Of a DNA stretch of 55,110 nt, positions 35,338-42,162 are shown piece after piece. A program made the position numbers and the translations under genes. The number at the start of each line of letters is the position of its first letter. Position 1 is the stretch's first letter. The notes under the pieces are model-generated. The model ran no database searches. It was not told where the DNA came from and saw only the letters and a list, made by a program, of their open reading frames with translations. The DNA comes from a virus (taxonomy: Duplodnaviria > Caudoviricetes), in IMG/VR virus record IMGVR_UViG_3300021197_001923, positions 1 through 55,110 of that record, one strand, 5' to 3'.

Positions 35338-36162
35338 ATGGGATACAATTTCAGAAACACGGAAACGGCAACGCCGGCATTGCTCAACGGCAATGTGAAT
35401 TTAACCTTAAAAAGCCGAAACAAGAAAACCGGTGATATACCGGTATCAACCAGCGGAAAGCAAACATGCCCCGACTCTTGCCCACTAAAAGCAAGCGGCG
35501 CTTGTTATGCCATGACGGGCCCGCTTGGCTTATTCTGGCATAAAGTATCGATCGGCAATGCCGGCGCAACATATGACCATTTTGTAAAACAAGTGGCCGC
35601 TTTGCCTGATGGTCAATTGTGGCGCCACAATCAAAGCGGAGACTTGCAACCATCATACACCGATCGGGAAACGATCGACGCACCGAAATTGCTGGCATTG
35701 GTTGAAGCAAATCGGGGCCGCAAGGGTTTTACATTCTCGCATTTCGACCCGATCGCAAACCCGCTCAACAATTATGCGCTGGCCATGGCCAATAATAACG
35801 GCTTCACGATCAATTTAAGCGGAAACGATGTAAACCACGCCGATCGGCTGGCAGATACAAATTGCGGGCCGGTTGTTTCAGTTTTGCCGCTTGAATATGA
35901 GCGCAGAACAGAACGGACGCCGGCCGGCAAGCAATGGGCCGAAACGATCGCCGAATATAAAGACCGGCTGGCAAGCTTGCCCAAAGCAACACCGGGCGGG
36001 CGCCGCTTGGTTGTTTGTCCTGCCACCTATTCGGACGATGTTTCTTGTAAGACTTGCGGGCTTTGCCAAAAGCAACGGGCAACAATCATCGGTTTTCCTG
36101 CACATGGCACAAGCCGGCGCAAAGCCGATGCCGTCGCAAAGGGAGAATTGACCCATGCCTGA
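35338..36162 (+). CDS. Cys-rich DUF7227 / gp88-like protein
   Basis: SRNKKTGDIPVS, TCPDSCP, CYA, WRHNQSGD, CPA...C..C.LC, GFPAHG; AAGGA RBS. Confidence 0.75.
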   Translation: MGYNFRNTETATPALLNGNVNLTLKSRNKKTGDIPVSTSGKQTCPDSCPLKASGACYAMTGPLGLFWHKVSIGNAGATYDHFVKQVAALPDGQLWRHNQSGDLQPSYTDRETIDAPKLLALVEANRGRKGFTFSHFDPIANPLNNYALAMANNNGFTINLSGNDVNHADRLADTNCGPVVSVLPLEYERRTERTPAGKQWAETIAEYKDRLASLPKATPGGRRLVVCPATYSDDVSCKTCGLCQKQRATIIGFPAHGTSRRKADAVAKGELTHA

Positions 36163-36424
36163 TATTTATTGTTCAAAATGTGGCGAGCCATGGGACGCCG
36201 ATGAATTGCACGACGTGCCGGCGATCAATCCCGATCGGGGCGCCGGTGTCTTAACTTACAAGCAAGCGGCCAAAATGTTTCCGGCCTATGGTTGCGGGCT
36301 TTGGGTCGATCGTTTCGACGGTGGCGCTTTTACACCGTGCACGGCGCCGATCGTCGATGATGTCAGGGCAGAACATGCATCCGTCATGCATTCAATAAGC
36401 CCGTTTCCGGATGATTGGTTGTGA
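36155..36424 (+). CDS. Small Cys-containing early protein
   Basis: DIYCSKCGEPWD; GGAG RBS. Confidence 0.75.
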   Translation: MPDIYCSKCGEPWDADELHDVPAINPDRGAGVLTYKQAAKMFPAYGCGLWVDRFDGGAFTPCTAPIVDDVRAEHASVMHSISPFPDDWL

Positions 36425-36426
36425 TA

Positions 36427-36606
36427 ATGTATTTACTCGCATGGACAATTAACCACGGCCAAAACAATCTGATCGACCATCAGATAATAGAGGATGAGCC
36501 GCAAGCTGTTGCGCAATGGGTTGATTCAATCCAGACGCAAGCCGACGTTCATTGTTGGGCCGCTTGCAAGATATTAGAGGCGAGCGAGCCGCATTGGATA
36601 GAATAA
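36427..36606 (+). CDS. Hypothetical protein
   Basis: Coupled ORF; SEPHW end. Confidence 0.6.
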   Translation: MYLLAWTINHGQNNLIDHQIIEDEPQAVAQWVDSIQTQADVHCWAACKILEASEPHWIE

Positions 36607-36607
36607 C

Positions 36608-36679
36608 ATGGCGCCCATATATCAGGCGATCGGCTTTGCTGTGTTTTGGCTGGCCGTGATCGATCTAGCCTATAATTGA
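36608..36679 (+). CDS. 23-aa hydrophobic peptide
   Basis: MAPIYQAIGFAVFWLAVIDLAYN between the previous stop and a terminator. Confidence 0.4.
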   Translation: MAPIYQAIGFAVFWLAVIDLAYN

Positions 36680-36687
36680 AAACAAAT

Positions 36688-36717
36688 AAGCCGGCCTTAA
36701 TTGGCCGGTTTTATTTT
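36688..36717 (+). terminator. Intrinsic terminator
   Basis: GCCGGCC-TTAATT-GGCCGGT-TTTATTTT. Confidence 0.75.
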
Positions 36718-37350
36718 GTCCTAATGTTGACCAGGCGGGCGCCGTGTTCCTGGTAAGCAATGGGCCGATCGCAAGGCCGCTTTAATCAATCCCACGCAAT
36801 GCCCAAAGCCGGCGCCGTTGCACGTTACACGGCCGCATGTGGCGATCGCCGGTTAACTTGTCAGTCCTTGCCCCGATCGGATGCAGGGCCGCCGCTGCTG
36901 TCGTATAGGTGCACCGCTAAGGCCCGCCCGCCGGCTTATGAAAATTGCCAAGCGGCCATTGCCGGCGATTTTTGGGGCCCTGATTTGCGGCGTTATTTTA
37001 TTTGTAGATTGATTTTGTAGATTGATTTTTATCAGGCCCAACAAAACAAGGGCAATTAGCGATCGGGGCCGTTAACTTATGGTAAGCGGCCCTTAGATTC
37101 GGCCTGATTTTCTATAAATTTAAAGCTTTTTCGCTCGCAATCGGCCCCGCATGTGACAGGGCCCCCCATACCGGTAGCGTATACAAACCCAACCTATTTT
37201 TGAAAAATTGGTACTGTAAAATAGGCCCTGCTTTAAAGCACCCCATGCGGACCATTTCGGCGGATCTGTCAAAATGCTTGCGGCGGTGTGCGGGAAATTT
37301 ACAGCAGCGTCTGTAAAGCCAATTTTAGTTCTATTTCGGAGCATATCGGC

Positions 37351-37379
37351 TTGTCCTGAATCCCATAATTTGATACAAT
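37351..37379 (+). promoter_or_regulatory. Sigma70-like promoter
   Basis: TTGTCC-17-TACAAT with TGn; GANTC in the spacer. Confidence 0.6.
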
Positions 37380-37419
37380 AAGGGCACAGGGAAACCTGTT
37401 CATATCAAAGGCTCTAATA

Positions 37420-37743
37420 ATGGGCAATTACGGAACTGATGCATCATTGCAGGTTCCCGTTTCTCTCGAATTTGACGTAGATTTAGACGATGACGGCGTA
37501 AGCTATTTTGTGGCTAACGTTTACATTGCGGATACTGATGATTCACAAGAGATACGGGTCGAAACTGATGAAGTTGTGGAGTCACTAAGTGACTTTTATG
37601 GCGATGTAGAGGGCTATCAGCACCTTTACGTTGTAGCGCACGAACTCAATCGGGTTTCAGAACAATTGAGGGAAAAAGCAGGTTTGATAGAAGACAGCGT
37701 TGTTGCTGTAAATGATCTCTTCGACCTGGACTATGACGACTGA
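37420..37743 (+). CDS. Acidic hypothetical protein
   Basis: 107-aa ORF. Confidence 0.7.
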   Translation: MGNYGTDASLQVPVSLEFDVDLDDDGVSYFVANVYIADTDDSQEIRVETDEVVESLSDFYGDVEGYQHLYVVAHELNRVSEQLREKAGLIEDSVVAVNDLFDLDYDD

Positions 37744-38128
37744 ATCTAAGCGATGTGGGCGTTGTAAAACAATAAAACCGATTGAAGCATTTTACCTCAA
37801 TCGGTCTAAAAGTATGGGCAGGTCGTGCACATGCAAGGAGTGCTTTAATCACCATCAGGCAATTATTCGGCGGTTACATAGCGAGCACCAAGTTTCTGAT
37901 GGTCATTTATGTCCAATATGCTGGCGTTCGGCGGATCAAGTAACCACTCCAAGCAGTCGCACTAAGACCCCGTGGCGTTTAGATCACGATAATGAATCTG
38001 AACTGTTTAGAGGGTTTTTATGCGATGGTTGTAATACGGGCCTAGGTAAATTTGGGGAAAGCCCTGAGCGGCTAATGAATGCGATGGTGTATTTGTTGGA
38101 TAATGCCAGTCACTTTGGAAGGGAGTAG
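37733..38128 (+). CDS. Endonuclease VII-family HNH nuclease
   Basis: CGRC...CKEC; CPIC; LDHD...RGFLCDGCNTGLG. Confidence 0.85.
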   Translation: MTTESKRCGRCKTIKPIEAFYLNRSKSMGRSCTCKECFNHHQAIIRRLHSEHQVSDGHLCPICWRSADQVTTPSSRTKTPWRLDHDNESELFRGFLCDGCNTGLGKFGESPERLMNAMVYLLDNASHFGRE

Positions 38129-38190
38129 TATTACCCCTCTCCAAAAGGCTTCTTATTTTACCATGTTCGCCAGAAAAATCAACCCCTAAA

Positions 38191-38242
38191 ACACAATATG
38201 TTGTTTTCTGTGGTTGTGGAAAACAAAATATTGTGGTATAAT
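38191..38242 (+). promoter_or_regulatory. Late-region promoter with tandem NrdR-like boxes
   Basis: TTGTGG-17-TATAAT with TGn; acaCAATATGTTG and aaaCAAAATATTGtgg 30 bp apart. Confidence 0.6.
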
Positions 38243-38282
38243 ACGATCATATCCCAAAATTTTAATACTTAGGAGTACCACC

Positions 38283-38429
38283 ATGAAAGCTGGTAAAGCT
38301 AAATGTGGTGCGTCCAATCCCCCTGCACAAAAATCTACGCCCAAAATGATGGGTGGAGGTATGGCTTACAAAAACTCTAAGCCCAAAATGATGTATGGCG
38401 GAATGGCGCATAAGAAGAAAAAGGCCTGA
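38283..38429 (+). CDS. Small basic protein with two PKMMxGGMA repeats
   Basis: AGGAG RBS. Confidence 0.75.
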   Translation: MKAGKAKCGASNPPAQKSTPKMMGGGMAYKNSKPKMMYGGMAHKKKKA

Positions 38430-38432
38430 TCG

Positions 38433-38720
38433 ATGCGTAGACCAATGCCTAGACAAAACCGCCCTGCAAACAGATTATCCGGTCGGCCGATGCCAGCTGG
38501 AGGACAGCGTCAGGGAATGGCTCCACAGCCAGCCCCACGTCAAGCTATGGCTGCACAAGCCGGTGGCCGAGCGGCAATGCCAAACCCACCGCAGCCCGCT
38601 AGACGGCGCATGGCTGCGAACCCTGCACCAAGACCTATGAATCGAGGCGCTCGCCAAGAAGTGGCGATGCAGGACAGCAAAAGACGTCCAGCGCCCGCAC
38701 CTAGACGTCCAATGAACTAA
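38433..38720 (+). CDS. Arg/Pro/Met-rich basic disordered protein
   Basis: Coupled ORF, low complexity. Confidence 0.6.
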   Translation: MRRPMPRQNRPANRLSGRPMPAGGQRQGMAPQPAPRQAMAAQAGGRAAMPNPPQPARRRMAANPAPRPMNRGARQEVAMQDSKRRPAPAPRRPMN

Positions 38721-38914
38721 TGTTTTGGGTGGCCTTGGTTTTAGCCTGTAAGGGGCCCATGGCCATACACTGCCAACCAATAGTAAATTCAAACGCATTT
38801 CTTAGCCAAACTGAGTGCATCGCTGATGTGCAAAATGTCGTAAAGCAACTCACCGCCCAAAAACTGATGGCGATGGGGTCCTGCTTCAAAATCAAATCTG
38901 GACTTTCAATCTAG
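38720..38914 (+). CDS. Small secreted/membrane Cys protein
   Basis: MFWVALVLAC, four Cys; TAATG overlap. Confidence 0.65.
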   Translation: MFWVALVLACKGPMAIHCQPIVNSNAFLSQTECIADVQNVVKQLTAQKLMAMGSCFKIKSGLSI

Positions 38915-38935
38915 CAAGCACTTTCGGGGGGAAAG

Positions 38936-39406
38936 ATGTTAGCCGAAACATTAGCCGTGGTCAGTGCGGCCAACGCAGCTATTGGGCAAATCAAAACCTT
39001 AGTCAGCCATGGCAATGACATCAGCAGCATGGGGCGCCAACTTGGCGCAATCCTGACCGCTGAAGAGACATTACAGGCTCAAGGTAATAGCAAAAAGAAA
39101 TCGCTGTTTTCAAAAGCCTTGGGCAAGGACAACGATTCATTTGAAGAATTTATGCACCTCGAAAAAATCCGTGAGGCTCGCAAAGAAATCGAGTCGATGA
39201 TGAAAATCTACGGTCGAGCGGGGCTTTACCAAGATTGGGTCAATTTCCAGCGTGAAGAACGTGTTCGGAAGAAACAGGAAGCGGAAGACCGTGCTAAGGC
39301 TAGAGCTTTTTTCGTTAATCTGGCGCAGTGGTCTATTGCCGGCCTGATTATGTTTGGATCGGCATTCGGATTACTCTATTGGGCATGGCTCACTCGTGGC
39401 TGGTGA
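38936..39406 (+). CDS. Conserved phage membrane protein
   Basis: Coiled coil plus C-terminal TM. Confidence 0.8.
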   Translation: MLAETLAVVSAANAAIGQIKTLVSHGNDISSMGRQLGAILTAEETLQAQGNSKKKSLFSKALGKDNDSFEEFMHLEKIREARKEIESMMKIYGRAGLYQDWVNFQREERVRKKQEAEDRAKARAFFVNLAQWSIAGLIMFGSAFGLLYWAWLTRGW

Positions 39407-39656
39407 AACTTTAATCAGCCACTTTCCCCTACCATCGATGCCGTTTCAAACGCACGTAAACATCGTGTTTCAAAACGGGGTGGGTGAGCCAACGGAGAAA
39501 ATGGCGAGATCCGAAACAGGCGGTACGAAGCAAGAGCTCGATCCCGATACACCGGTTGAAAACCTAAAGATCGTAAATCAGAAATACGCCTATCACCCAG
39601 ATCCAAACAAACTCCGAACACCAGACGGTCAGATCGTGGACTTCGTTGTGGCTTGA
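39396..39656 (+). CDS. Hypothetical protein
   Basis: GTG start overlapping the upstream stop; GQIVDFVVA end. Confidence 0.6.
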   Translation: MAGETLISHFPLPSMPFQTHVNIVFQNGVGEPTEKMARSETGGTKQELDPDTPVENLKIVNQKYAYHPDPNKLRTPDGQIVDFVVA

Positions 39657-39657
39657 T

Positions 39658-39817
39658 AAAAAAAGGCTGGCTACTCAAACCCAGAATAAGCCAGCCAGAA
39701 GGAACATGTCGACCTCGTAATGTCGGGAAGAGCATTACGAAGAGGGTTAGACTGACTTCCCCAACCATTGACGGAAGCCAGCCCGTGAAACATTCACTGG
39801 TAATAAATATTTCACCT
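39658..39817 (-). ncRNA. Candidate sRNA-C: four tandem hairpins ending in a terminator
   Basis: Stems 39785-39815, 39749-39784, 39713-39742 and 39665-39696; G-U pairs and U7 tail on the minus strand; TTGACA at 39843-39848. Confidence 0.6.
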
Positions 39818-39904
39818 CTGATGATTGCCTCACTTATTAAAGTGTCAAAACGTTACCTAACGTCACAATTTTAAATTTTCATTCACTTGCTTAATTTTTG
39901 ATCA

Positions 39905-40174
39905 CTATTCTAAATTTGCATCACCACTTTCTTCACTATCCTGTGCTGTTCTACTGCCTGACATAGCAAATTCAGAATTTCCGACATAAACAATCTGACT
40001 GCCCGCCCGAACTGACGCACCGCATTTCGTACATCTGGTTTTAGTCACAGCCTGATCCGCAGTTATATCAGGCCCAAATTTCTCAATAAAAGCTTTAACG
40101 GGTATTAGTCCAGCGTGGCCACACCAGCATCTGATGCTCAAGTGATTGTTTCTAATTGCTCCGAGTCTGGTCAT
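39905..40174 (-). CDS. 89-aa Zn-binding protein under a LexA box
   Basis: CWCGH...RCTKCG; antisense to the late operon. Confidence 0.7.
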   Translation of the reverse strand: MTRLGAIRNNHLSIRCWCGHAGLIPVKAFIEKFGPDITADQAVTKTRCTKCGASVRAGSQIVYVGNSEFAMSGSRTAQDSEESGDANLE

Positions 40175-40176
40175 AT

Positions 40177-40191
40177 GTTCACATTTTGTTC
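40177..40191 (-). promoter_or_regulatory. Alphaproteobacterial LexA (SOS) box
   Basis: GAAC-AAAATGT-GAAC 2 nt before the ATG. Confidence 0.8.
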
Positions 40192-40208
40192 TCATTGGCA
40201 GAATTGCA

Positions 40209-40451
40209 ATGGCAAAAGTCGATAAATCTAAAATGAAGTGCAACAAACCTCGGCGCACACCCGAGGGGCCAAAGAAGTTCGTGGTCAAAGCGTGTGAGGG
40301 CGGCAAGGAAAAGATCATCCGATATGGCGACAGTTCCATGCGGATCAAGAAGTCCAATCCTGAGCGCCGCAAATCCTTCCGTGCCCGCCACAAGTGCAGC
40401 ACTGCGAAATCAAAACTGACCGCTCGTTATTGGTCGTGCAAAAATTGGTGA
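40209..40451 (+). CDS. Basic phage protein (DUF6321-like)
   Basis: KKFVVKA...IRYGD...RRKSFRARHKC...ARYWSCKNW. Confidence 0.8.
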   Translation: MAKVDKSKMKCNKPRRTPEGPKKFVVKACEGGKEKIIRYGDSSMRIKKSNPERRKSFRARHKCSTAKSKLTARYWSCKNW

Positions 40452-40455
40452 GCCC

Positions 40456-40587
40456 ATGTCCTTAGTCAAAAACATGAATAAGCGTAAGAAGGCTGGCACT
40501 TCTCGCTCCAAAAAAGACAGCACTGTAAGCCCGAAAGCCTACAAGGACATGAAGGCTGGCTGGCCCAAAAAGGGTAAGAAAAAATGA
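40456..40587 (+). CDS. 43-aa Lys-rich protein (not in the ORF track)
   Basis: MSLVKNMNKRKKAGTSRSKK...; ATGA overlap. Confidence 0.7.
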   Translation: MSLVKNMNKRKKAGTSRSKKDSTVSPKAYKDMKAGWPKKGKKK

Positions 40588-40850
40588 GCGAAGACCGGCT
40601 TACACGCATGGAGGATAAACTCGACAAATTGTCAGAAGCTGTCCTCGCCATCGCCCGAATGGAAGAGCGAATGCTCACCGTGTTTAAGCGGTTGGAAAAC
40701 GTGGACGGCAGCATAAAGAAAATGGATGACCGCATCGATGAGATGGAAAAACAAGCCATCGCCAGAGGTCAAAAAATTGCATTTGCCGAACGCATATTCT
40801 GGATGATCTGCACGGGCGCCGTGGGTTTAGCCTTCATATATTTGAGGTAG
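40584..40850 (+). CDS. Coiled-coil protein with C-terminal TM (XhlA/holin-like)
   Basis: RLTRMEDKLDKL...IARMEER; TM at the end. Confidence 0.7.
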   Translation: MSEDRLTRMEDKLDKLSEAVLAIARMEERMLTVFKRLENVDGSIKKMDDRIDEMEKQAIARGQKIAFAERIFWMICTGAVGLAFIYLR

Positions 40851-40877
40851 GCATTAGCGCTTCGAGGCGAGTTATTA

Positions 40878-41225
40878 TTAAAAATTATATCCTTTGGCGA
40901 TACAGAACCGTTTCAATGCGGAAATCAGTATTATCGTAGCGGCAACATTCTCCTGATTTGAATGTTTCCAGTATGATGAATCATACTCTTCGGCGACCAA
41001 TTCGTGTAACTGCAATAAATTAATCTTCGTTTCAGTAAAGCATTCGTAAAGCTTCATTTCTTCAGGGCCTGGATTTATCAACAGACCTTCAAAAGCACCC
41101 AACAAGTGAACCATTTGACCCTGCTGGTCATACCTATCCCAAACCGATTTATTGAAGGCATTAGCCTGAGTTACCAGAGTGATTAGGAAAACTAGCGGAA
41201 GTAATTTTATTTGACGTAAGCGCAT
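40878..41225 (-). CDS. Exported protein, Rap1a/Tai4-like pattern
   Basis: Signal peptide ending ANA; G..E.L...C...AA.II..AL...C. Confidence 0.55.
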   Translation of the reverse strand: MRLRQIKLLPLVFLITLVTQANAFNKSVWDRYDQQGQMVHLLGAFEGLLINPGPEEMKLYECFTETKINLLQLHELVAEEYDSSYWKHSNQENVAATIILISALKRFCIAKGYNF

Positions 41226-41590
41226 CGCATTGGCCTTTGTCCAGCTTGAATTGTACTGCTGTATGCAATTGCTCCCTGAATGTGATGAAAGCAAGCATTC
41301 TGCAGCAGCATTCGTTGAGGGTCGAGGGCGAACATACAAGAACTTTGTTCAGATTTTTCAAACGACGACCATGAAATCATTTTACCTGTCCACGAACCCA
41401 CAGGATATGTGGCATCCGCTTGGTCAGTTTTAAATCTTACGGTTGCTGTAGATTTATCAAAATCCAAAAATATAAGGTAATCAGGCTTTTCAATGTTGCA
41501 GACTAAAGCAACCACGCTGTCAGAGGCAGCAACCTGAGAGGCTACTATTATAGAAAACGCCGTGGCTATATTTCGTAATAGCTTAGTCAT
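41207..41590 (-). CDS. Exported hypothetical protein
   Basis: Signal peptide; several Cys. Confidence 0.6.
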   Translation of the reverse strand: MTKLLRNIATAFSIIVASQVAASDSVVALVCNIEKPDYLIFLDFDKSTATVRFKTDQADATYPVGSWTGKMISWSSFEKSEQSSCMFALDPQRMLLQNACFHHIQGAIAYSSTIQAGQRPMRCAYVK

Positions 41591-41735
41591 TTTTATCTTC
41601 CAACATCACATTGATCTGCTTCACGACTTGATCGTTTTCACCTTCCAGAAGCGTGACTCGTTCTGACAGTTCTTTGATTTTCCGGTTAAGTAAAAACCAC
41701 ATGATTATCACTAAAAGTAACGCTAGTGCTTCCAT
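41583..41735 (-). CDS. 50-aa single-TM protein (not in the ORF track)
   Basis: MEALALLLVIIMWFLLNRK...; GAGGG RBS. Confidence 0.55.
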   Translation of the reverse strand: MEALALLLVIIMWFLLNRKIKELSERVTLLEGENDQVVKQINVMLEDKND

Positions 41736-41775
41736 AATCACCCTCTCAATTTAAGATCAAACTGTACGGAAAAGT

Positions 41776-42162
41776 ATGGATATTGCAACTAAAGAACTGA
41801 CAGACAAACAGGCTGCTTTTCTAGAAGCACTTCTAGGCGAGGCCCGTGGTAACATCCGTCTGGCTATGGACATCGCTGGATATTCCAAAACAACAGCCAC
41901 CACAGAAGTCGTTGGCCCTCTAAAAGAAGAAATCACAGAACGTGCTGGTATGATGCTGGCCATTAATGCGCCTAAAGCTGCATTCGGCATCATAGATGTT
42001 TTAGACGATCCATCGGCACTAGGCGCTCGCAACGCAATCTCTGCTGCCCGTGAAGTTCTAGATCGCACCGGTCTGGTGAAAAAAGAACAAGTTGAGATTA
42101 CCGCAAACGCCGGCGGTATGTTTATATTGCCTCCGAAAACTAGCAATGATGTGGCAGAATAA
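41776..42162 (+). CDS. Putative terminase small subunit
   Basis: LTDKQAAFL...AMDIAGYS HTH; EVLDRTG; precedes TerL. Confidence 0.7.
   Translation: MDIATKELTDKQAAFLEALLGEARGNIRLAMDIAGYSKTTATTEVVGPLKEEITERAGMMLAINAPKAAFGIIDVLDDPSALGARNAISAAREVLDRTGLVKKEQVEITANAGGMFILPPKTSNDVAE

Noticed and set aside
35270-37070. Cyanobacterial HIP1 signature
   Set aside because: The flanks of CGATCG vary, the enrichment is local, and the other signals are alphaproteobacterial.
39653-39874. 73-aa plus-strand ORF and minus-strand ORFs over sRNA-C
   Set aside because: Weak starts, no protein features, and they overlap a tightly structured RNA.
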